From: Raillietiella orientalis
Lineage: Eukaryota
DNA length: 64,000 bases
Assembly (NCBI GenBank): GCA_036172245.1
Contig: JAYWIR010000035.1
Span: forward strand, 1,550,001 to 1,614,000
Direction of reading: 5' to 3'
In this document: piece after piece, positions 39,651 to 53,746 of the stretch
Position numbering within the stretch: the first letter of the stretch is position 1
Layout: each line of letters opens with the position of its first letter
Notes under the pieces: generated by a model
Told to the model about the DNA's origin: nothing
Database searches by the model: none
What the model saw: the letters and a program-made list of their open reading frames with translations, nothing else
Program-made: the position numbers and the translations under genes

Positions 39651-41286
39651 GGGTGCCCAGGTACACCAGCCGTGTCGGCATATGCGCACGATCTTCTGCT
39701 GCTGCTTCCATGTCCACCCCGGCGTCGGCGATCGAAAATTTTTTGTGCTGCTACGCCGCGGGACAGGACTGGAGGTGAACAGGGCGAAGTCGTCCGTGGT
39801 AGCAGTTGGTTCGACATGAGCAGGGCAGCAGGACTGGTTCCGCTTGAAGATCCCCATAATGCGGTATTTTAATTACCTCGGTGTGCCGTTGGGGGACTAC
39901 TCTCCGGCGGAGGCGTGGTCCAGCTGTCACCAGAAGGCTGAGAAGGCGATCGGCTCATTCCTGGATGGTAAGTTTTTCTTGCCGGAACGGGCCACGGTGT
40001 GGAACACGTTCGTGGCCCCCCTTTTTCTCTCCTTGCTTTTTGTTTGCTCCCCACCCCGTGGTGTAAAGAGGCGGACCAAGGGCCTCCTGAGGATTGTCCT
40101 TTGGGGCAGAGGGAGGCCCCGAGTCCACCTGAAGGACTTGTGCTCTCCGCGTCGTGACGGAAGCCTCAGCCTCCTGACTCTGGAGCAACTCGAGCTGCAG
40201 CCTCAGTTGAGAACGCTTGCCCTTGTGACGACGTGTGGAGCACCAGCTGGTGCGAGTCTGCACGACACCTGGTCCAGTGAGCCAGAGACTGCGATTGATT
40301 GTCTACCTTCCTAGAGCGTCGCAAACACCAGTACCTGTTCCACTGCGGACTGGATTTTTGACGAGTGGCCAAGCTGACCAGGACGAACACCTGGATCTCC
40401 AGCCAGCCCGCAAACGGCAATGCCTGGCTGCAGGAAAGCTTTCCCAATTGGACCCTGAACGAAGAAGCGAGCTCGGAGTTGCGCCAGTGACTGCTGCACT
40501 CCTTTTAAGATTGCCGCTCGCTGCAGGACGTCACCGTGCAGCCTGCCTCTTGTGCGTGGGCTGAGGACCTCCCCAGTCGCGACTCTTCCCTACTTCAGGG
40601 AGCAACGGGGACAGCCGGACAAATAGGAGGTCCGATTTGTGATAGGTCGTCGGACGAAGAAATTAGGTGGTTGTACCACAAGTCAGCCAAGTGACGCTGC
40701 GACTCCAAGTGCCCCACCGAAAGGACTGTTGCGCTGGACGAGCTGCTGATCATCCCGTTGGAAGTACTCGGGTGGCCCCCAGTGCTGAAGAATACCCGGG
40801 CCCTCCCTTAAAGTGGCAGGAGTCGATGTTTCTGGTGTTCCACTGGGAACTTCCCAGCAATGTCTGCTGATCTCACTGGGCGAGGGGGGCAGTGGACACG
40901 AACTGCGTCAGGTGCGGGGTACGGGAATCCCTCCCGCACCTACTTATTGACTGTGTTGCCCTCCGGCCCCTTTGGGAACGTTTCGGTACGACCTTAGGGA
41001 TCCTGGGAGGCTGCCCTCCCAGAGACGTTTTTCGGCTCCTCTTCGTGCGGGACGCCCTGAAGCCAGCCGCAGCCGTAGCAGCACGTTGCTGCATCCGTGG
41101 TATTGTGGCGGCCTGGAGTGAAGCCGTTTTTTCCCCCTTCCCCTTCCACTGCCGAGAAGAGTCACACTGGTCTGCTTCCCGGCGTCCCGGCAGGTCCTGG
41201 GAAATGTTGGCCGTTAGTGGGACCTTGTACCACGTAATGTATTGACGATTGAAAAGTTTTAATAAACGTCCCGGCGTACCCGGGTG

Positions 41287-44200
41287 GCATCGCCGTATAC
41301 ATGGACAAACCCGAACTCACCGATGACCTCGTGGAGATCAACGGCAGGCTCCTTCCCGCGGCCACGACGTTATACTTGTCAGGTCTGCATCCGATGACGG
41401 AAGGGGACACACTAGCCCGCCTCAACGAGACTGGCTACCACGAAGACACCTTCGGCGGGGAAGCCATCCTCAAGATTCGGATGACGAAAGGAGCACAAAT
41501 TCCGACCCTCGTCCGAATCGACGAACATTCGCACCACGTACGCGTGGCATACCGGGAGCAGCCCGACTTTTTCCGCACCTGCATGATCTTCGGACACAGG
41601 ACGGCGGCCTGCCCCGACAGAAGGGGGTGCCCGCGCGTCACACCGAGAAACTGGAGTTTTTCGAGAGACTGCGCGACCGCTGGCTCAGCAACTCCGGCCC
41701 CGATGTGGCTCACCTCGTAGCCAGGGACTTCAACGTCCACGCGCTATCGGAGGAGTCTCACCGTCGCCGGGAGAAACGGCTGGTGAACGAGGTGTGCGCG
41801 TCCGTGCACGCCTCGAATTTGCTGGCCGACGATCCCGGGATGCGTGCTTTGCCGGACCATGTGTTCCTCGACGATCACCTGCATTGTCGGGTGGGTCGAA
41901 GAGGTCCCGTGCCGTCCGAGCTTTCCGACCACTACAGGCTGGATTTTGAGCTACTCCCGCCTGGCAAGGGCTCTCCGACGCACGTCTGGAGGTTGCCGGC
42001 CGACTGGTTGAGAAATCCGGTGGCTGCGGAGCACCTCCGCCAGCATCTCCGGACCTTGGCCGTTCGAGAGCTCGTGGACTGGGACGATCTGAAAAGATCG
42101 GTCCGCGAGTTCTGCAGCCGATTCCCCTTGCGCCTGCTTCCCCGTGGCTTCGGGGAAGGCGTGGCCAACAGCAGAGAGTTTCTGCAGGCTCGCCAATTCT
42201 CCCGATGCCCGGACGTCCGGTACCTTGCGGAGTAAAAGGCCAAGGCCGAGCGCCAGGTCTGGCAGTCAGGAGCGGCTTGTCTGCTCGACGACCAGGGCCT
42301 AGAGTGCTCGGGCGCGGCCGAAGTTCGCCGCCTCCTAAAGCGCTACTACTCCTCGTTGTATGCTAGGGAGCCGACGGAACGCAGTCTCTCGGAGCTGCTT
42401 CTGCCGGCGGATTCCCCGGCGGTCGACGAGGAGGAACGCTCCACTCTTGACTTGCCCTTCACGGCGGAAGAAGTGTCTTCCGCCATAGCGGGCCTCAAGA
42501 AGCGCAAGGCTCCAGGTGAGGATGGTCTGCCTGCGGAGTTCTTCCAGTGCTTCGCGGCGGAACTCATCCCCCTGGTGCTGAGGCTTTCTGCGCTGATGCG
42601 AGAGACGGGCAATGTCCCGGCCTCGTTTCGCTCAGCAAGGGTGCGTCTCTTGCCGAAAGGCGGAGACATGCGCCATTTAAGCAACTGGCGTCCCATCACC
42701 TTGGTGAATGCGGACGTCAAGTTGTTCTCCAGGCTCTGGGTCGCGCGCCTAGGCAGGATCGCTGGATCCGTGGTAAGTCCGGAGCAGTCTTACGCTGTTC
42801 CCGGGCGGTCCATGGAGGCGAACCTGTTCTTCGCGCGCAAGTGGCTCGAGCTGCAACGTTGCGTGGCGCACGACAGCCAGGCAACCGCATCTGCGGCTGC
42901 CCAGGCTAGGCGTCGCTGCATTCGGCCTGGGGAAGCGCCGGGTGCCTTGGCGGTCGCGGTCGATCTCCGCAAGGCGTTCGACTGCGTAAATCAGGATCTC
43001 CTGCTGGAGCTTCTGGAACGCCTCGGTCTCCCGGTGCACCTCGTGGCCTATTTGCGCGCTTGCTGGCGCCACGCGCTCATTTCCACCTCTTTTAGCGGCT
43101 GCCAAGAGTACGGCGTGCCGGTGCGGCGGGGCATCAGGCAGGGCGACAGCTTAAGCCCGTTGCTCTTCAGCATCTTCTTTGAGTTGGTGCTGAGGGAGTA
43201 CAGGCTGACGCTGGCCAACCTGCCGAGCTTTTGTCCAGGAACGCCGTCCGTGGCGGCCTATGCTGACGACCTGCTTCTTCTTTTACCCATGACCACCCCG
43301 GCGTCCAGTCTCGAGGATTTCTTCGAGCTGATTCGCCGGGGAGCGGGCATGAGCGTAAACAGGAGCAAGAGCGTGGTCGTACCTATTGGTGCGGCGTGGG
43401 AGGGGCAGTCCGACTGGATCCGCCTGGGGATCCCGACCGCTTCGTCCACCCAATATCTGGGCGTTCCGCTGGGGAACATCAGCCCAGTGGAAGTGTGGTC
43501 GGACTGCCTTCGGAAGGCTACGAGTGCGCTGAGCCCGTTCCAGCATGGCAGGTTCCTCCTGTAGGAGCGGGCCGCGATATGAAACACCTTCGTGGCCCCC
43601 CTCTTGCGCCCCCTGCTTTTTGTTTGCCCGCCTCCCTACTCGGCGAAGCTCCAGGCGCACAGCCTGTTGAGGAACGCTCTGTGGGGTCCTGCGAGGTCCA
43701 GGATCCGCCTGAAAGACTTGGCGGCTCCGCGTCGGGATGCTGGCTTAGGCATCCTGACGCTGAAGAGAATCGAGCTGCAGGTGCAGCTTCGGATGTTGGC
43801 CCTGTGCGCTAACCTTTGGTCCACTCCGTGGTGCGCTCCTGCGCGCTTGCTCCTGCGGCGCTGCACCGGCAGCGACGGACTTCTGTCGCTGCGTCCGCAT
43901 ACGGAGCGCCCCACGACAAGTTTCGGTTTCCCTTTCAAACCCCTCTACCGGCTCCTGGCAGCCCAGGAATGGATCTCCTGCCGCCCAACGAACTTTCAAG
44001 CCTGGCGGCAGGAACCGTTGCATGGCTGGGCAAAGCACCAGGATGTTTCCCTCCTGGAACTCCGTTGCGTTCACCTCTCCCCGTACTGCACGGTGGATGA
44101 GGTCTGCAGCAGCCAGGAGAAGTGGACCCGCCTGGCCCTCACCCCCCTCGCCGACGCACTGTCAGCCCTCAGGGCAAGAGATGACAGCTGCGAACCGGCG

Positions 44201-45701
44201 AGATGGGAGGTCGCCTGCACCATTGCAGGAACAACACGACCTATTAGCGGCTGGAGGACTTGCGAGCTGGCAGACGCCGCCACGCCTCGCCACATCTCGA
44301 AGGGACTCCTTCGGTGGAGTGAATACTTGAGTGTGCCCCCCGAAGAACTTGTGGTCCCTCCCTCCTGTTTGAACACTTCTGTGTTCCCCCTTTCGTGGAA
44401 GCAGGACGTCATCATGCTGGTGCATTGGGGTTTTCACTCCAACCAGCGGACGAACCGTGTTTCCGGGGGAGTTGTCTCCCCAAACTGTAAGCGGTGCGGG
44501 GAAGTGGAAACGCTCCCGCACCTGCTCCTGGACTGCGGTGCCCTTCTAGGACTTTGGCGGAGGCTGGTCTCAGCTCTCCTGCACCAGGGGACACCGCGAG
44601 GGACTTGATGCGCCGCTTCTTCACGCCAGGCGGCCTGTCTTTGGGTGCTGTCGTTGCAACCGTGTGTTGCACCCGCGCCATCGACAAGGCCCACCGAGAG
44701 TTGGAGAAGCTGGCCATCGTTCGTCAGCCCACCGGATTAGCCAGCGCAAGCATGTCGTCGGCTGCCGAGTGGGCCCATCTGCCACAGGACGTAAGGAGAG
44801 AGATCGCCGGCATCCATCGCCGGTTTTGAAAGGAAGGAACGGACTCACCAAAGACCCCTGTCCCCTGCCCACCACATTTTTATTTTTATTTTTTATAGTA
44901 GTGTATTTGTGATCCCCTCCCTCCCGTTCCGGACTTTCGCCATACCGACCTGCGTGTCGGGGATCCCACCCCCTTCGTATCTTGTTTTCCCCTTTGTCCA
45001 GGAACTCTGTTCCCGGATAGTTTCTAATAAACGCCCCGGCGCACCCGGGTGGTAAACAGAAGGGGGTGCAGGCACTGCGACAAACCCGGGCATGCCAACT
45101 CCGAGCGCGAGCGCCCCAAGCGATGCTACTTTTGCAAAGCTGGGGGATACAGAGAAGAAGGACTGCTAGCCTTCCAAGAAGGAAAGCGGCGGAAGGACAA
45201 CTCTGCCATCTCATTGGAAGAGATGTCCGCTCCTCCCCCAACGGCGAAGAGCCCCGCAAAGAGCGGGAGGCCGCCGGCGTAGGAAAGGAAAAATGTGGGT
45301 CGGGAGGAGCCTCCTGCTAAGGCAACCTCCGCCGCCACACCTCCCGCGAAGGAAACTGGGCAGGAGGCAGCGATAAGCGAAATGCAGGCAAAGATCGACG
45401 ATCTGCGCTCTACAATTAGAGAGATCGCTAATGAGAAGCAGAAAGGCTAGGCATTCCAGCAATCCAAAGACCTGCTGGAACACCTGAGGCAAGAAGCCAT
45501 TCCGTCTCAGATGGTCTTGCACCTGGAAGATCAGGTGTACGTCAGCCTCACTCCCCTCGTCCTTCCGGAAGAGGAACGCAAGCAGGGGGAGGGAAAACCA
45601 CCGGCAGAAAACCTAAACAGCGCCGAGATGATCGAAGCCCTGGAAGCAGAGGAGAACGCGGCCAGCTGCCACACCTCGGAAGAGGATACTCCTGATGCTG
45701 T
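41287..45701 (+). mobile_element. L1/Tx1-type ORF1 (gag-like, zinc knuckles; copy G), split into 41287-41630 and 45070-45701
   Basis: IPTLVRI...RVAYREQP.FRTCMIFGHRTAACPDRRGC | RHCDKPGH...RCYFCKAGG; three CCHC-like knuckles become contiguous once copy F is removed. Confidence 0.8.
41631..45055 (+). mobile_element. Near-complete ORF2 of L1/Tx1-like LINE (copy F): APE endonuclease, RT, zf-RVT; pseudogenised
   Basis: EN motifs DFN and LSDH; RT KAPGEDGLPAEFF, NWRPITLVNAD, DLRKAFD, GIRQGDSLSP, AYADDL; CKRCGEVETLPHLL; in-frame stops (e.g. 43562); perfect 14-bp TSD ACAGAAGGGGGTGC at 41617-41630 and 45056-45069. Confidence 0.93.
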
Positions 45702-45993
45702 CACCCGGTCACACCGGGGCGTTTATCATAAACTGACAACAGTTGCAGTATAAGGCCCCGCTGCGGCCAATAAAATAAGGGACCTGCCGGGTCGTCGGTG
45801 CTCAGACCGACTTGACTCTCCACGACAGCGGAGGGGGATGGGGAAAAAACAAAAAGAAAAGTTAAACAAAATTAAAAAAAAAGAATAGTTCTCTGGAGGG
45901 TCGGGAAGGGATCACTGTCCGCTTGGTGGAGGTTCCATCCTTTGTAGGATGCCGACGAGGTGCTTCTTCCTGTTTCCCAGGTGGGGCCATCGG
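45702..45993 (-). mobile_element. Short 5'-truncated LINE 3' end (copy J, related to A)
   Basis: WPHLGNRKKHLVGILQRMEPPPSGQ* matches copy A WPQLGGLKKDFEGILQSMDPPTSGQ*; UTR and terminal motif at 45702-45727. Confidence 0.82.
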
Positions 45994-46595
45994 TGTATAC
46001 GGCGAAACCCCCGACGAACGGAACGATGGCCTTGATCCACGTGAAGTCTATCTTGCAATGGATCGCCAAGTAGATGTCACGGATTGCGTTGTTGGTGAGT
46101 CGGCCCATGAGGAAACTGACGGAGGTCACTTCCAAGCCGAACCTTCTCAGGGGTCCTGAACCCTTTGTGATTTCTTTTCAGACGATAACGCCGTTCCCTG
46201 CGGACGACGCGGGCTTTGCGGTTGGGACGGATGCGGCCACTCTCCCGTACGACAGCGCTGTGGGTGCCTGACTGCTTTCGCAGCTGCCGAAACGTCGTCG
46301 CTGTTTCCGTGGATGGTCCAGCTTCCACCTCCATCCTGGACATCTTCTCCTTCCTCTTCCCAGAAGGGCCTCGGTGTTGGGTTGCTCCACTTGGAATTGA
46401 AGACTCCATCTTCCACCACACTGATCACTCACTCACTTTCACTGTTCGCTTGCCCACTTGGGGCACACAAAAATTGCCGCGGCAGCGGTATTTCACGCTG
46501 CCTTGGCGGGGTATTGGGTAAAGTTTTCAACTAGCAATAATCGCGCTTCGTTTCCAATCCTCGGCTACGATATTGCTCGTGCGCAAGGCTGTTTC
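45994..46595 (-). mobile_element. LINE 5' region and ORF1 N-terminal half (G')
   Basis: SYGRVAA...IKAIVPFVGGFAVY ends at the residues where copy G begins (GIAVY). The 5' boundary is approximate. Confidence 0.55.
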
Positions 46596-46617
46596 TTATT
46601 GTAACAGAAAAGGAGGT

Positions 46618-47112
46618 TTGTCACCCGGATTTGACGGGGCATTTCTTTGAAAATAAAAGTACATGGAAATGTTTCTGTGGTGAACCCCTTGGATCACCAC
46701 GTCACGGCAACTTTCAGTCACCGGTTGGGACACCGGCGAGGTCCGTTTCCGAAGCGAGTGGGGCGGGAAAAACACAAACAAAAAGAAACAAGTGGAACAA
46801 GGGTGAGGGAGGTGTTCTGGATGGAGGGAGGGCAGGGAAGGGATAACTCCTCGCTGGGAGACGTCATCTATATCCTCTTCAGAATATCTGCAAGTTGCGT
46901 CCTCACACTATCCAAGTGAGATCATCAGGATGTGATCTTTCAAAAAAAGACGTCCAATGGACAGCATCCCTGCCATTCTGGCCTATTCTGGATGCGTTCC
47001 AGGCCGCCACGATTCCGCGAATGCAGCAGAGAACTGCCAGGGCAGCGACCGGGGACACAGCGGCACGCATAAAGAGGGGCTTAAAAATTTCCTGGGGCTG
47101 CCTTCGGGGATG
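46618..47112 (-). mobile_element. Short 5'-truncated LINE (copy K)
   Basis: LAVLCCIRGIVAAW, UTR, terminal motif at 46622-46648; 9-bp TSD AAAGGAGGT at 46609-46617 and 47113-47121. Confidence 0.8.
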
Positions 47113-48472
47113 AAAGGAGGTAAGTACTTGTACAGGCAGATCTATTCAACTGAGTATTGAAAACACAGATACATTAACTATTGATTTTTTTTAATATTTT
47201 TCTGCTGGTAAAAAAAAAAAACAAAAACAAATATGCAATACATCGTTTATATTTTTTTAATAATGCTTTTCCGGTTTTAATCGATGAAGGGAGAGGGTAC
47301 GTGGTTAAAATTCTCTTCTAGTACTCATTCTTGATTCAATGAAATTAAGCACCGAATGAAATTAACTCTTTTTTTTCACCAAGTGCATCTTGGTATAGAC
47401 GAGACCGAATAGAAATCGCCGACTGTTTGAGATGCGTCCACGTCTATTCATTAAGGGCACTGCCTTCTAGACCACATATGGGCTTCTATTTCTATTTCAT
47501 CTATCTATAGTTTAAGTTTCATACACCCCAAACCTTACAATACTGCTCTTTATTTTAGTCTCCGCCTCCCTTCAGAATAATAAGTGAAATAGCTGTCGCA
47601 GCTAAAATGTTCATTAGTTTTGAGTAGAATTCTGATGATGTAATTTAAAAGGTTCTTTCTCGCTCTACGAGATTTTCAAGAATCCATTCTCTTAATGCAC
47701 TGAATTCTTCACAGGTCTTTTATAACACGCAATGGCATGGCACAACGAAATTCATCATAATAGGATACTTACTTTTCATTTACCATACTATTGTTTTATT
47801 TAAAAATTTCCACTTAGAAATACAGTTTCCTCTAGTAAAAAAAACTAAGTCAATAAATGATGAAGAGAACAGAACACACACAAGTCAGTACTTTCTACAG
47901 CTTACGAATAGAATTTCGTTTCTTACTATTTCAGAGAAAAAAGGAAAATTTTACTGAGAATTACCTATTGGAAGGTCAAATAATGGGAAAGGGAATGTAT
48001 TTCGAACAACCCAATACCGAAAAAGCAAGTTTGCGTCCTACAATGATCGAGAAAGGCGAAGAAGCTGAGATCACTGGAAAACACTTGCTTGTTTGCATCG
48101 TTTCTTTCGAACTTGGAACCGGAGTTCCACGAGGCAGGCGGCTCCTGGAGAACTTTCCAGCGGGATTCACAAGGATACGGAAAGTAGGATCGTGTGGTAT
48201 AATCACAAAGGAGACACATTATCCCGTTTACACGAATATGTCTGCACACGCACTGAAACTTCGACGATGGCTGCGGATGTCGGCAGTGGTCCCAGGCCCG
48301 GTTACCACATTACGGCCTCATGGGAGTCTTGACAACGGAGATTCCGTCCGCGCAGTGTTGCACCCGCCGCCTTTGCGAGTCGCGAGGAGCAGACAGCCCG
48401 AAAAGACCTGTGGGAATACGTGAAGTTACGTCGGGATTTGCAATTCGCAGTGTTGACACCAAAGATAGCCCC

Positions 48473-50388
48473 ATGCTGAAGGAAATGCAAATGAGAAATT
48501 CGGGCACCAATGCCATAGAAACGTTGTTGGCATCGCTCAAGCTTTTGGAAAAAATCAGAGTTTTAAATGCCTTCATCACCACAAATGAAAAAGATGCGGA
48601 AAGGGCTGCGATAGCCAGCAGCAATAGAATAAGAAAAGGTTTTTATAATTTGTCGTAAATACATTGGTAATGATGTAATTGACCTGTTCAAATCAATGTA
48701 AGCTGAATGCAAACGAAACATACTTAAGAACCGACACTTGCGTATTTTAAATGCCCTTTAACTTTAACCGAAAATCAGTTAACTGTTTTGCAGAGCAAAA
48801 GTTAAGTAAAGCTGATGGACTCATAATTGGGGTGAAAGATAATTTCTCTACAAAAAACATTAGAACGACATGTGCCTCAAAAATGCTTCAAGAGTACATA
48901 CCACCTTATACAGCAACTGTTGTTCAACGTCTTTTGAATGCAGGTGCAATATTACTCGGAAAGACTAATATGGATGAATTTTCCATGGGGTGAATTAAAT
49001 TTATACATTAACCATATTTCAATTTCGTTTTTAAGATCAGGATCTGTGAACTCTGTATATGGGCCTGTTAAGAATGTATGGAACAGTCAGGTCAAATATA
49101 AAGTGCATAATCTAAGAAGTGAACATTCTCAAATCTCACAAGAAGAAATTACGAATTCTTTGGAAGCTTCAGATTTTCACATAAGTGGAGGCAGCTCTGG
49201 TGGAAGTGGTGTTGCTGTGAGCACAGGGGTATGTTCAGCTGCATTGGGATCTGATACTGGAGGATCTGTACGGAACCCAGCAGCACACTGTGGTGTAGTT
49301 GGCTTGAAACCAACTTATGGATTAACTTCTCGGCATGGCCTTATATCACTAGTAAATTCAATGGATTGTCCTGGAATCTTGGCATCTTCTGTTGAAGTTG
49401 CAACAGATGTTTTGAGTCAGTGAGAGGCATAAACTTGTTTGCCACAATTAAGAAATTCACAGATGTAATAGCTGGTCCAGATCCATTAGATCCTACAACT
49501 TTTCCTGAGGTTCCTCACCCTGTTGTCTTGCAAAAATCGCCTTCACTCAAAGGCTTACGAATTGGGTTACCTACAGAATTTTATTTAGATGATTTGGAAG
49601 AAGAGATGTTACAAGTATGGTCAGATGTTGCTGAAGAATTAGAAAAGGCAGGAGCTCAACTTGTGAAGGTTCAGAATTGTTGCCAATAGGACTTCCTCAT
49701 GTTTTATTTTGAAGGTTTCTTTGCCCCATTGTCCCTATAGTTTGGCTTGCTACACAGTGCTTTGTGCTTGTGAAGTGGCTAGCAATTATGCTAGGTATTC
49801 TGGCATACAATATGGTTATAGGGATTCTGAGCAAGCATCTGCTGAAACTTTGATTGCAGCTAACAGAGAGAAATCTCTTAATGAAGTAGTCCGCAACCGT
49901 ATTCTGGCTGGCAATTTTTTTCTGCTCAGAGAGTAAGTTGAACTTTATAACGAAACCAATTTTTTATACACAGCAGGAACTATGAACACTATGTATTGAA
50001 AGCAATGAAGATCCGCAGACTTATAACTCAAGACTTTCAAAAACTATGGTACAATCAAGTGCACTTATTATTAGCACCTGTAACCCTATCTGCAGCACCA
50101 CTATATTCTTCCTTTCAGATGACCAATATAAAGGATCAAATGACAACACAGGATTACTTTACACAGCCAATTAATTTAGCAGGTTAGATGCATATTTGGT
50201 ATATGTTGTACTAAAGGTGTCCTTGTACTGAAGGTCTCCCTGCAATTAGCATTCCTATCCAGCTTTCCAAGAAAGGGCTCCCACTAAGCATACAACTAAT
50301 TTCACAGCCTCTGAAAGAAGATCTGCTTCTGAATGTTGCTCATTGGTTGGAACTGTATTTCTGCTTTCCTTACTTGAGCATTTTGTAA
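48473..50388 (+). CDS. QRSL1: Glutamyl-tRNA(Gln) amidotransferase subunit A, mitochondrial (GatA)
   Basis: Exons 48473-48638, 48794-48989, 49036-49415, 49463-49668, 49715-49932, 49977-50182, 50234-50388; all GT-AG and phase-consistent (508 aa). Amidase signature: [60 protein letters not shown]. Start codon inferred. Confidence 0.95.
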
Positions 50389-50413
50389 AATCCTTTGTAC
50401 TCTTCTGCACTGA

Positions 50414-53746
<3,333 letters not shown>

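Larger units (their letters stand above)
35005..41286 (+). mobile_element. L1/Tx1-like LINE (copy H), split into 35005-35620, 37642-37900 and 39663-41286 by nested insertions
   Basis: RT motifs continue colinearly across the inserts: KAPGEDDLPAEFF, NWRPIT, DLRKAFD | IRQGNSLSPLLF | AYAHDL, YLGVPL, CVRCGVRESLPHLL; terminal motif at 41261-41286. Confidence 0.88.

Noticed and set aside
42356..43564. 402-aa RT ORF as an active or domesticated gene, or a bacterial-type RT system
   Set aside because: Lies within a 5'-truncated, TSD-flanked LINE with stops both upstream and downstream.
47113..47127. K target resembles the U1 snRNA 5' end (TACTTACCT on minus)
   Set aside because: Only 9 nt match and no further U1 sequence follows. 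It is equivalent to a chance splice-donor-like string.
47857..48423. 188-aa ORF upstream of GatA
   Set aside because: No recognisable domain or splice support; likely promoter or relic DNA.
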